Origin: Isurus oxyrinchus | Lineage: Eukaryota | NCBI GenBank assembly: GCA_026770705.1 | Contig: JANJGN010000150.1 | Coordinates: forward strand, 744,001-808,000 | DNA length: 64,000 nucleotides | Direction: 5' to 3' | Shown: positions 51,887 through 62,879 of the stretch, one piece after another | Position numbering within the stretch: the stretch's first letter is position 1 | Layout of the letters: each line of letters begins with the position of its first letter | Position numbers and translations under genes: made by a program | Notes under the pieces: generated by a model | The model's input: the letters and a program-made list of their open reading frames with translations, nothing else | Databases searched by the model: none | Told to the model about the DNA's origin: nothing

Positions 51887-54800
51887 GCGTGTCTGTATGT
51901 GTGTGTGTGTGTGTGTGTGGGTGATGTTGAAGTTTGCAGTAACTCACGTTCCACAGTGATGGTTATGGACCCCTCCACTGCTCCATGTTCATTCTCTGCC
52001 ACACACTGATAGTCTCCAGTGTCCCTGGATGTAACGTGAGGAAACACCAACCACAGCTCATTGTTGGAACTTGTTCTGTTCATTGGGACATTAAGATGTC
52101 GCCACGTCAGGTTAGAAGCTGGGAAGCTCTCGACAGAGCAGATTATCACTGCAGAATTCCCCTCAATTATATTGATCGTTGAAGCGTTAATCATATCAAG
52201 AGAAGTAAATGAGAGATTCTGTGGTGCATCTAAAAACATATAAAGATTTTAATGTGAGCAAGCACAGTGCACAGCAAGACTCCATGCATCATCTCTCTGT
52301 ATCTGATGTCTGAATGCATTTCCAGGTTCCTTCCCTCAGGATAAGAACTTATTTCACATTTACAATGGGCACTGCCTATGTAAACTGTCACACTGCAGTT
52401 ACATTCTCCCACCAGTGGAGGTGTCTATCTAGAATGCAGGAAACTCCCTTTCAGATCCTCAGGATGTCGCCAAGGGCTTCAAAGGCAATGAATTGTGTTT
52501 GATCGATGGAGCACTGAGGGGTAAATATACATTTGTCTGTTCAGGAGGTTGCTCCATCCAGTTCAGGGTCTTGTTGATCTGGAGTTCACCTTCCTTCAAC
52601 ACAGAATCAGAGCTGATACCGAGACTCCAGTGCAGCACTGAGAGAGGAGAGGGTACCCACACGTTTTTGTCTGTGTATGTGTGTGTTGGCTTGTGTGTGT
52701 GTATGTTTCTGCNNNNNNNNNNNNNNNNNNNNNNNNNNNNNNNNNNNNNNNNNNNNNNNNNNNNNNNNNNNNNNNNNNNNNNNNNNNNNNNNNNNNNNNN
52801 NNNNNNNNNNNNNNNNNNNNNNNNNNNNNNNNNNNNNNNNNNNNNNNNNNNNNNNNNCACTCACATTCCACAGTGATGGTTATGAACCCCTCCACTGCTC
52901 CATGTTCATTCTCTGCCACACACTGATAGTCTCCAGTGTCCCTGGATGTAACGTGAGGAATCACCAACCACAGCTCATTGTTGGAATTTGTTCTGTTCAC
53001 TGGGACATTAAGATGTCGCCACGTCAGGTTAGAAGCTGGGAAGCTCTCGACAGAGCAGATTATCACTGCAGAATTCCCCTCAATTATATTGATCGATGAA
53101 GCGTTAATCATATCAAGATAAGTAATTGAGAGATTCTGTGGTCCATCTAAAAACATATAAAGATTTTAATATGAGCAAATATAGTGCACAGCAAGACTCC
53201 ATGCATCATGTCTCTGTATCTGATGTCTGAATGCATTTCCAGGTACCTTCCCTCAGGATAAGAACTTATTTCACATTTACAACGGGCACTGCCTATGTAA
53301 ACTGTCACACTGCAGTTACATTCTCCCACCAGTGGAGGTGTCTATCTAGAATGCAGGAAACTCCCTTTCAGATCCTCAGGATGTCGCCAAGGGCTTCAAA
53401 GGCAATGAATTGTATTTGATCGATGGAGAACTGAGGGGTAAATCTACAATTCACTGTTCAGGAGGTTGCTCATCCAGTTCAGGGTCTTGTTGATCTGGAG
53501 TTTACCTTCCATCAACAAAGAATCGGAGCTGATACCGAGACTCCAGTGCAGCACTGAGAGAGGAGAGGGTACCCACACGTTTTTGTGTGTGCATGTGTGT
53601 GTTGGCTTGCGTGTGTGTATGTTTCTGCACAACAAGGATCTGTGTGTGTGCACGCACGCATGTGTGTTTGTGTGTGTGTGCACGTGTGTCTGTCTGTGCG
53701 TGTGTGCGTGTGTGAGTTAAGGTTGTGTGTCCTTCTGCATGTGTGTCTGTTTGTGTGTGTGTATGTGTGTGTGTGTGTGTGTGAGTGATGTTGAAGTTTG
53801 CAGTAACTCACGTTCCACAGTGATGGTTATGAACCCCTCCACTGCTCCATGTTCATTCTCTGCCACACACTGATAGTCTCCAGTGTCCCTGGATGTAACG
53901 TGAGGAATCACCAACCACAGCTCATTGTTGGAACTTGTTCTGTTCATTTGGACATTAAGATGTCGCCACGTCAGGTTAGAAGCTGGGAAGCTCTCGACAG
54001 AGCAGATTATCACTGCAGAATTCCCCTCAATTATGTTGATCGATGAAGCGTTAATCATATCAAGAGAATTAATTGAGAGATTCTGTGGTGCATCTAAAAA
54101 CAAATAAACATCAATTAACTTAAACTGACTGTGAAGCACTTTGAAAGACACTGAGAATGTGAAAGGTTTGATATCAATGCAGGTTCTTTCACCACAAAGC
54201 CCGTAATCCAGGCAGACAAATCAGTTCAGTATTGAGGGAGTGCTGCAATGACAGAGGGTCAGTACTGAGGGAGTGCTGCACTGTCAGTGTGTCAGTACTG
54301 AGGGAGTACTGCACTGTCAGAGGGTCAGTAATGAGGGAGTGCTGTAGTGTCAGACGGTCAGTACTGAGGGAGTGCTGCATTGTCAGTGTGTCAGTACTGA
54401 GGGAGTGCTGCACTGTCAGAGGGTCAGTACTGAGGGAGTGCTGCACTGTCAGAGGGTCAGTACTGAGGGAGTGCTGCACTGTCAGATGGTCAGTAAAGAG
54501 GGGGTGCTGCACTGTTTGAGGGTCAGAACTGAGGGGGTGCTGCACTCTCAGAGGGTCAGTACTGAGGGAGTGCTGCACTGCGAAGATTCAGTACTGAGGG
54601 GGTGCTGCACTGTCGAAGGGTCAGTAGTGAGGGAATGCTGCAGTGTTGGAGAGTCAGTATTCAGGGACTGCTGCAGTGTCAGAGGTGAATTTGTATCAAT
54701 TAAAGACTATTGATTTGTTGCTAAACACAATGCAGTTGTGGGATCTTGCAGTGTACTATGTGTAGCTTTCTAGCTAATGTAGATGGAAGGGAGTCGGTAC

Positions 54801-57800
54801 TTACCTTGCACAGTTAGTACGAGGGTCCGCTCCGATGAAACAGATGGATATCTCACTCTGCAGCTGAGAGTGTGTCCGTGGTGTTTGAGTGATGGGATCA
54901 GGGTCAGAACAGAAGTATAGGTCAGAGTGACACCATGCTGAGTTACAGTGTTTGAGACTGATCCAGGTACGTCAGTGGGAGTGTCCCAGGTTAAGACAGG
55001 TGCTGCTGTTCCATTGCACGTTGTGTTGAAGGTGCAGCTTACATCCACACGCTTTCCTGCAATAATTTCAGCAGGGAATATCGTGGGTTTATCTGTGAAA
55101 TCTAACACACAGAGAATGGATCCTTTTAGAGAAATATAACGTGAAGCATCAGTTCAAATAGAAACCACAGTCCCACAAGAGAAAGCACTTTTACAAGGAT
55201 GATATCAGAACTGAGTTGTTTTAACTATCCTGATAGACTGTTAGACACGATTAGAGAGATCGATGGGAGTGGAATACATTTAATCATTGATATTAAAGTG
55301 AGTATTAAAGGTTACGTTAGGACTGAACTGGAAGCTATCACCAGGTTATTGAGAATCAGACAGTGTGTTATAATAAGCTGTGTTTTGTGTTAATATGTAA
55401 ACGTCACAGTTTGTGTTATTTCCCATTGAGTGCTGAATGTGAATTGTTGAGTAATTATAACACAGCACTTACCAGAAACGTGAAGCTGGGTTACAGGATA
55501 GTAGCTGTATCTATTCCTGCTGTCAAATTCTATTCTGAAATAATAAGGTCCTGCATCTTCCCGTCTGATGTTGTTTATAATCAGGGAACAGTCGCCATCT
55601 TTCAGGTCTCCAGACAGCCGGGTCCGATGGCGGAACCGTGGTAACTCATGATTGTGATCCTTGGAGTGAAAGGCTATAGACGATCTTCCCCGTTCCTCAT
55701 TATTAAACCAGACTCCACCTCGTTGTTGGTTTTCCAAATTTGAAGGATAACTGTAATGACACGGAATCTGTACACACGAACCTTTCTGTGCTGTCATCTC
55801 TCGTGGAGTGTCACCTTTCCACTCTTGTGACCATCCAACTGGGGAGAGAAATATCAATATTTAATTCTGGACGGTTTGTAGTTCCATTAGACTTGATATC
55901 CACTCCCTCCATCATTGGGGCACAGTGGCTGCAGTGTGGACCATCTACAGGACACACAAGGAACTCCCCAAGGTTTCACAATGGTTGGAAGAGAATCCTG
56001 GACACAGGAGTGGACAAGTTCATTCTACATTGGCTCATGGTCCTCAGGACCCTGTTTAGTTTTTTCGAATTATTCATTCATGGGATTTATTACCCATCCC
56101 ATGTCCATCAGAGGCATTTAAGAGTCAACCACATTGCTTTGGGTTTGGAGTGACATGTAGGCCAGACTGGGTCAGGGTGGCAGATTTCCTTCCCTATAGG
56201 TGATCAGTGAACCAGGCTTTTTAATCCCATTCATCTGCTGTGATAGGATTCACACCCAGGGCCCCAGAGCATCACCCTGGGCCTCTGGAATACTAGCCCA
56301 GTGACAATAACTCTCTGCTACCGCTTCCCCTTAGTGAAGCCAGTCTTCCACTCAGAACTCCCCCCATTATCACCGTCATGAATCACTAATCAGCCTAACA
56401 TTCCTGTCTGCTCTTCAACACAGCTGATTGGCTAATCTGATTCAATCTGATTGGTGTTCATTCCCTCTTCAATGTTTAAGGAATCACCAATCACTCGTCC
56501 TCTAGTTATTCTCCTGCCCACAAGAGGGAACATTCTCTGTCTACCCAGTCAATCAAAACCTTTCATCTAAACCTAGTGGTACTTGAGTATATAGTCGGGA
56601 ATCCAGGGCAATGGAGCCTCAGGAGAAGAGATGGAAACCCTGTGAGGTGGAACGTCACTGAGGCCATCCGAGTTGAAGCGACTTTTGGAGAGAATTCCAA
56701 GGCAAGATCTTCGAAGTTGAAGACTGGAATCCCTCATGAGAGAAACAGAGTTTCAGTGAGATTGGTTGACTGACAGTGTTCACTGATATCCGGGTGGGTT
56801 GTTGTGAAATCCATGGGCTCTATCTTGGTCGCGTTTACAATTTAATGAGTAGTGTGGCTGTGAGACCACAGTTTGCCTGTTAATTCACATGAGCTCATAT
56901 TAATCCAGAATGTTAGGGTATAAGGTGGATATTGTAAATTATTTTATCTTTCTGAGCTGGTGCAGTAAAGTTTATTTTTGTTTGTTTAAAAGCCATGGAA
57001 TCTTGTAGCTTTATTCTCTTTGCAAGCATCTTAAATCTCAAACCTCGTCTACTTGAAACAAAATATTATTGGTTCCTAACTGTAAATTACGAAAAATATT
57101 GGGTGCCTGTTCCTCCATCAGCAACTCTTCAGAATCCTGCTGAAGTCACGGATATTTCAGAAGGACAGGGAACAAGAGGTTTCTGGTATCAGCGTTTTGT
57201 GTGGGGCCCAGTTCAGTTTGAACAAATAAACAACACCATCTTTGAAAGTCATGAACCCACCACAGCGGCACCTCCGACACATGCAGAGCTCAGGCGAGAG
57301 GCGCTTTGTTAGTGTGTTTCACAGTGTCTGCTGGAGTAGGGTCAGTGCTGAGAGGGTCTGCTCAAGGATCATAACAACCTGCACTTGCACCTTCCAAGTA
57401 ATAAGATTTTGTAAATGTATTCATTCATGGGATGTGGGCGTCGCTGCCAAGGCCAGCATTTGCTGCCCATCTCTAATGTCCCGTGACATAATCTCTGTAG
57501 CAGAGTAGAGACAATCATGATCACTCAGGATATTTGACATCTATCCACATGAGCAGCTTTACCTTCCTTCTCTCTTTCAGTTATCTTACTCCCTTATTGA
57601 AGTTTCTAGCATGGTGAGAACTGGATGGTTTGCTCGGACATTTCAGAGGAACCACGTTGCTATGAGTCTGGAGTCACATGTAGGCCAGACCAGATATAGA
57701 CGGCAGATTTCCTTCCCTAAAGGCCATTAGTGAACCAGATGGGTGTGTATGACAATCGATGATAGTTTCATGGTCTCCATTACTGAGACTAACTCCCATT

Positions 57801-59255
57801 AGTGTAAACAGAGTGAACAGTTTTCCATTGATCCCACCTTTCCCGTTCTCTCCGGTATTTTACACACTATTGCTCGATAATTTGATTCTGCCAAGGACCC
57901 CTTGGAAAATCATGGACCCCAGTTAGACAACCAATGGAATAAGGAATCTCTTTGGATTCTCATTGTCTAAGGAATCTCTTCGGATCCTCATTGTCTGAAG
58001 AATCTCTTTGGATCCTCATTGTCTAATGGATTATTTCTGATCCAAACCCCATATTGTTGTATTGTTGATTCCGATGCAGCATTGTAGACTGACTTGTCCC
58101 CAAGCTCAGCACTGACCCTACTCTAGCAGAGACTGTGAAACACACGAACAAAGCGCCTCTAGCCTGAGCTCTGAATGTGTCGGAGTTGCCGTTGTGGTGG
58201 TTTCATGACTTTCAAAGATGCTGTTGTCATTTTTTTTGTTCAAACTGAACTGGGCCCCACATGAAGTGTTGATACCAGAAACCTCTTGTTCCCTGTCCTT
58301 CTGAAACATCTGTGATTCAACAGGATTCTGAAGATTTGCTGATAAGGGTCTTAAATTGTCTGATTGTTGATTGATACAACACAGGAGGAGCTCATGTGAC
58401 TCATCGTGCATGTGCTGACTCTTTCCCAATTCCTCTCCAACACCTTTCACACATTCCTGCAAATTTCCCTTCAAGTATTTATCCAGTTCCCCTTCTGAAA
58501 GTTCCTGTTGAATCTGCTTCCACCGCCCTTTCAGGCAGTGAGTCAATGGTCTCTCTCTGAGCTGCAACGTGCCCAGATTCCGTGAAATTTAAACTCTGCA
58601 GCAGATCAGAGACACTCATGATAACTCAGAATATTTGACAGTTTTAGACACGGACAGCTTTACCTTCCTTCTCTCTTTCAGTTATCTTGCTCCCTTATTG
58701 AAGTTTCTAGCAAGGTGAGAATGGACAGGAAGTGTGACACTGAACAGCCTGTCTATTCTAGGAGCTGCTGTGCTGTCTTCATGGGAAATTTTGAATAAAG
58801 GCAGCAAAGGACACAAATTTCAGGTCATTGCTATCGGAGACCTCACATTAGGATAGACTTCATCCCCCAGTTTTTATCCGTGCTTCTCTACTCAACCCAT
58901 CACTCCCCATCGCTCACTGACCAACGTCCGACAGCACCTGAATTTCAAGATTCTGCTCTCGCTGCTTCAAACCTGCCTAACCCTGTAAACTCCTCCAGCC
59001 CCTACAACCCTTCAAGACCACTGGTCTCCTCCAATTCTGCTGTCAGACAGGGAGTCAGTGTATATCAGTGAGCACAGGGGTGATATTTGAATGGGACTTG
59101 GTGTGAGTTTGTACACTGGATCACTGCTGAATCAGTTCCCTATCAGAGCTCAATAAGAATGATCTTTTACAAAGACTATTAACCATAAATCTGTCTGAGC
59201 TGACGATGATATTACCTTGGAGAAGTGACAGGAGGAAGTAAGATTTCCCGATCAT
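40397..59255 (-). CDS. Siglec-family inhibitory receptor with 13 Ig domains (V-set + D2 + 11 tandem Ig), TM, ITIM and ITSM; ~1410 aa, 17 coding exons (gene A)
   Basis: Exons 59255-59216, 55838-55473, 55101-54805, eleven 282-nt exons between 54093 and 43353, 42538-42442, 41746-41665 and 40645-40397 all have AG/GT boundaries and compatible phases. They sum to 4233 nt, an open frame ending in a stop. Siglec V-set signature: CVQIPC, DCSLII, YYFRIE. Confidence 0.92.
40830..41455 (+). repeat. 33-bp minisatellite in the last intron of gene A
   Basis: About 19 copies of cagtgcagcactccctcagtactgaccctctga. Confidence 0.9.
41665..41746 (-). CDS. gene A cytoplasmic exon 1 ([27 protein letters not shown])
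   Basis: ttattgcAG| acceptor, CAG|gtacag donor; phase 2-0 links the TM exon to the last exon in frame. Confidence 0.8.
42442..42538 (-). CDS. gene A transmembrane exon ([33 protein letters not shown])
   Basis: tttttacAG| acceptor, AA|gtaagt donor, phase 1-2. 25-residue uncharged hydrophobic helix followed by basic stop-transfer residues. Not in the ORF track. Confidence 0.88.
43353..43634 (-). CDS. gene A tandem Ig exon 11 (membrane-proximal)
   Basis: 282 nt, phase 1-1, intact AG/GT; followed by a unique intron. Confidence 0.88.
44411..44692 (-). CDS. gene A tandem Ig exon 10
   Basis: 282 nt, phase 1-1, intact AG/GT. Confidence 0.88.
45666..45947 (-). CDS. gene A tandem Ig exon 9
   Basis: 282 nt, phase 1-1, intact AG/GT. 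Confidence 0.88.
46731..47012 (-). CDS. gene A tandem Ig exon 8
   Basis: 282 nt, phase 1-1, intact AG/GT. Confidence 0.88.
47716..47997 (-). CDS. gene A tandem Ig exon 7 (extra Cys, NRTSCYNEL)
   Basis: 282 nt, phase 1-1, intact AG/GT. Confidence 0.88.
48775..49056 (-). CDS. gene A tandem Ig exon 6
   Basis: 282 nt, phase 1-1, intact AG/GT. Confidence 0.88.
49837..50118 (-). CDS. gene A tandem Ig exon 5
   Basis: 282 nt, phase 1-1, intact AG/GT. Confidence 0.88.
50875..51156 (-). CDS. gene A tandem Ig exon 4
   Basis: 282 nt, phase 1-1, intact AG/GT. Confidence 0.88.
51948..52229 (-). CDS. gene A tandem Ig exon 3
   Basis: 282 nt, phase 1-1, intact AG/GT. Confidence 0.88.
52713..52857. other. 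assembly gap (145 N) inside the Ig-exon array
   Basis: Run of N in the microsatellite part of an intron. Confidence 0.99.
52865..53146 (-). CDS. gene A tandem Ig exon 2
   Basis: 282 nt, phase 1-1, intact AG/GT, same motif. Confidence 0.88.
53812..54093 (-). CDS. gene A tandem Ig exon 1
   Basis: 282 nt, ttttAG|...GAAC|gtgagt; [13 protein letters not shown]...[14 protein letters not shown]. Confidence 0.88.
54225..54680 (-). repeat. 33-bp minisatellite between D2 and the Ig array
   Basis: About 14 copies of the same family. Confidence 0.9.
54805..55101 (-). CDS. gene A Siglec domain-2 (C2-set) exon
   Basis: 297 nt, phase 1-1. [10 protein letters not shown]...[19 protein letters not shown]...LSCRV has the three-Cys pattern of Siglec domain 2. 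Donor CAAG|gtaagt. Confidence 0.9.
55473..55838 (-). CDS. gene A Siglec V-set exon with essential Arg ([10 protein letters not shown])
   Basis: 366 nt, phase 1-1, ctccccAG|...TCTG|gtaagt. Siglec-type Cys pattern: GSCVQIPC and GDCSLII, with no F-strand Cys. Confidence 0.92.
59216..59255 (-). CDS. gene A signal-peptide exon ([14 protein letters not shown])
   Basis: Acceptor ttctctttcAG before 59297; ATG at 59255; donor G|gtaata, phase 1, joins the V exon (G|TT GGA). Confidence 0.85.
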
Positions 59256-59688
59256 TGTCCACTCCCAGATATTTCCTCAGCTTCTAACTCTGAAGTTCTG
59301 AAAGAGAAAGGAGTTAATGAGACTTCACCTCTTGTCCGAATGCTCTTGAGAGATCAGAACTGCTTTTAGACAATATCTTCACAGACTAATTTGATTCTTT
59401 GTGGGATGATAGGTGCTCTACAGAGAGTTACAAGGCTTTCAGAAAGAATAACAATGAAGGTCTTGCATTTCTATAGCACCTTTCACCACCTCAAGACGTC
59501 CCCAAGCTCATGTCCCTTGAGCTAGAAAGATGTTCTGTACAACAGACTTGAGCCTCACACCCAGATCTCAATAATCAGTAGAAATCTTTCAAAGGCATCG
59601 ATCATTGGAATCTGTCTTTATAAAGTCACAACATCAACAAAGGACGGTGTTGGTGGTGGAAGTGAATTCCAATCGTTCCGTTACTTAC

Positions 59689-59830
59689 CCAGGACCTGTC
59701 CGACTGCTCGCCTGGGGAGGAACTGCCCACACGCTCTGCTTGGGCTGAATGACCTCATCCTGTGCTGATCCATCTGTGTATTAAATTAGAAAAGGCTGAT
59801 GTGTCACTGTGAGCCAAAATGAGGAAGTTG
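59689..59830 (-). promoter_or_regulatory. candidate non-coding first exon/promoter of gene A with PU.1/ETS sites
   Basis: Strong donor TGG|GTAAGT at 59689/59688 on the minus strand; AAATGAGGAAGT at 59817-59828 and GAGGAAC near 59718. Motif-level evidence only. Confidence 0.3.
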
Positions 59831-59989
59831 GAACAAAGTGAGTGAACAGCACTTAGCTGTGCACTGTCAGCAAAACCTGTGTCTGTATAAGAATATAAGA
59901 ACAGAACAAGTAGGATCAGCTGGACACCCTGACATTTTCATTCCTTATATTCCATCCACTCATTATTTTATCTACTCACTGAAACTATT

Positions 59990-62830
59990 TATCTCCCTCT
60001 GCAGCCTCTTTGTGTCCTCCTCACAACTTGCTTTCCTGCACAGCTTATATATTTCCTACCTATCTTCACCATACAGTCAGAAAATCTGCCTACAGTACAG
60101 TCAGTCTCTTCATCCAAGTCACTAATGTCGATTGTGAATAGTTGAGGCCTCAGCACTGATCCCTGTGGCTCTCCACTAGTTACAGTTTACCAAGCTGAAA
60201 ATCACCCATTTATCCTGGCTCTCTGTTTCCTGTCAGTTAGCCAGTCCTCTATCCATATTAATATATCCCCCCCAACACCATCCAATTTCACCCTGTGCAT
60301 TGTCCTTTGATGTGGCTCCTTATCAAATGCCTTTTGGAAATCCAATGTCATGAAGAGATATTTGTGTGTAAAATGTGCTTTGAAATTATTATTTAAAATA
60401 GAATTCTAGTGGTGGTCCATGTATAGGAGTGTGTCTGGGTGTGTCTTAATTGGATTAAAGCCAGCTGGTCTGTGTGCTTTGATGTTTAGTAGTTTTGAGA
60501 TGTTAATTGGGTGAATTGTGAGGAGAACAGTAAAGTGTTCATTTGCAATTGTTGAATAAACCATTCCAGACTGGGGGTAAAATCTTGCACCTAGTTAGAA
60601 GGAGCCAAAAGATGTGTTTTTTCTTGTTTTTACTAATGAAATTGGTGCTATGAAAGGGGGTTTTATTGTTCGAAGAGCTGGAGTTCAGAAGACCGAGTGA
60701 TACAATGGAAAATTTACATTCAAAGGGAAAGCTAGCTATATAAAGGAAGGAATTTGTGTGTGTGAGGCAGGAGCATTTCAGACCGAACCAGCCTGTAGCC
60801 TCCAACCAACTAGCAAAGGAACCTCATTCGGAATTCGTAATGTCAAATGTGCTTTGCCTGGTGTCTATATTATGTCAATGGTTCATTGTTGCCTTAGTAG
60901 AGATTTTCATGGGGGTGATTAATTGGGGAATTTGTTAAAAAGTTATTATAGTAGTTATTTGTAGCCAGTGTGTATGTGTTAAATTAATAAATGGTTTATT
61001 TAGTTTGATATAAAAAAACCCACAAGCCTCCGTGGTCTTATTCCTACTGAATTCAAAGTCTTCATCTCGAAATTACAATCAGCAAAATTGGGTTACGACA
61101 GTTGTTTCAATTTTCCCTCTGGGATTTGAACAACTCAGCCTTTACCCTTGGCTGTGTCATAGTCCCTAATACACCACATCTACAGGTTCCCCTTTATCCA
61201 ATCCACTTGTTACATCCTCGAGGAAATCTAATTATTTTTTCAAACATGATATCCCTTTCACAAACCCATGTTGACTCTGTCTGATTGAATTATGGTTTTC
61301 TAAATGTCCTGCTGCTCCCTCCTTCATAATGAATTCTGGTATTTTCCCAATGACAGATATTAGACTAACTGACCTGTAGTTTCTTGCTTTCTGCCTCCCC
61401 CCTTTATTGAACAGAAATGTTTCATTTATGTTTTTCCAATCCGCTGGGACCTTCCCATAATCTAAGGAATTCTGGAAGATTACAACCAATGCATCCACCG
61501 TCTCTGCAGCCATTTCCTTTCAGACCCTCACATTCAGGCCGTCTGCTCCATGGGACTTGTCAGCATTTGTCTCATTAGTTTTCTTAATACTTTTTCTCTG
61601 GTGATAGTGATTGTTTTATGTTCCTCCCTCCTTGTTGCACCGTGACTTTCTCCTGCTATTGGGATGGTTTTAGAGATTTTTACTGTGAAGACAGACACAA
61701 AATTCTTGTTGGAAGTATCTGTCATTTCCTTGTTTCCCATTATTAATTCCCCAGTCTGATTTTCTATGTGTCCCATTATTACTGGAGCTTCTCTCTTATT
61801 TTAATGTACAACATCTCACTGTCATTGTTTATGGTTCTTGCTAGTTTACTCTCATATCATCATTTCTGCCTCCTTATATTTCTCCCCTCACTTTTCTGGT
61901 TTCTCAAATATTCCCAATCTCCAGCCTATCACTAAACATCCCAACATTGCCGGCTTTATCTCACAATTGGATACCGTCCTTAGCTTCCTGAGTTAGCCGC
62001 CGATGCTCCATCCTTCTTATAGATTCTTTCTTTCTTACTGGAATATATCTTCATTGGCATTTATGAAAGATCTCTTTAGATGCCTATTACTCCTCATCTA
62101 CCCACCACACCCCCCCTTTAACCTGCTGTCCCACTCTACTTGGGCCGACTCTGCTTTTAACCCTTGTAATTGCCTTTAGTTAAGTTTATGACACTAGCTT
62201 CAGAACCAAGTTTCTAAACTGAATATTAAATTTCAACACCGTATGATTACTCTTCCCTTGAGGGTCCTTTACAATGAGATGTTAATTAGTCTTGTCTCAT
62301 TAAACATTGCCAGGTCTAAAACAGCCTCTTCCCTGGTTGGTTCCATGTTGGATTGTTCTAAAATACTGTCCTGAATACAATCTGTATAATCTCGCTGAAA
62401 GCTACATTTGCTAATCTGATTTGTCTAATCGATATGACGATTGAAAACTCCCATGATTAATGTGGTGCCTTTCTCACAGACCTCCTCATGTATTGATTTA
62501 TAATCTACCCCTGCAGTGTAACTACTGTCAGGGTGGAGTATAAACCAACCCATCAGAGATTTCTTTCCCTTGCAATTCCTTATGTTCACCCAAACTGACT
62601 GTGCATCTTGACATCTGAGCCAAAATCATTTCTCACTATTTTACAGGTCTCATCTTTTATTAACAGAGCGACCCCACCTCCTTTTCATTTTTCCTATCCT
62701 TTCAAAGATTCCAAATATCCTTCAATTTTCAATTTCCAACCTTGGTCACCTTGCAACCAACTCTCTGCAGTGTCCATCTTATCGTACCCATTAATCTCTA
62801 TTTGTGCTATGACTTCATTCATTTGTTCCA
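59990..62830 (-). mobile_element. degenerate CR1 LINE ORF2, interrupted by an LTR-like insert (~60346-61158)
   Basis: VDALVVIFQNSLDYGKVPADWK..KGGRQKARNYRSVSLISVIGKI..QHGFVKG. Confidence 0.8.
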
Positions 62831-62879
62831 ACTTTATATTTTATATATTCATTCTTCCATGGGAAGTGGGCATCACTGG

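Noticed and set aside
43466-54107. Repeated plus-strand ORFs (MLELVLFIG..., [10 protein letters not shown]...)
   Set aside because: Antisense shadows of the repeated Ig exons.
57560-58720. Two minus-strand donor-like sites (GAAG|gtaaa) preceded by short ATG/TTG frames
   Set aside because: The frames contain stops and lie inside intron 1, downstream of the true leader. No evidence that they are exons.
40397-59255. Calling gene A MAG, CD22 or SIGLEC1
   Set aside because: Domain count, tail motifs and V sequence do not match any of these orthologues convincingly, so no symbol was assigned.
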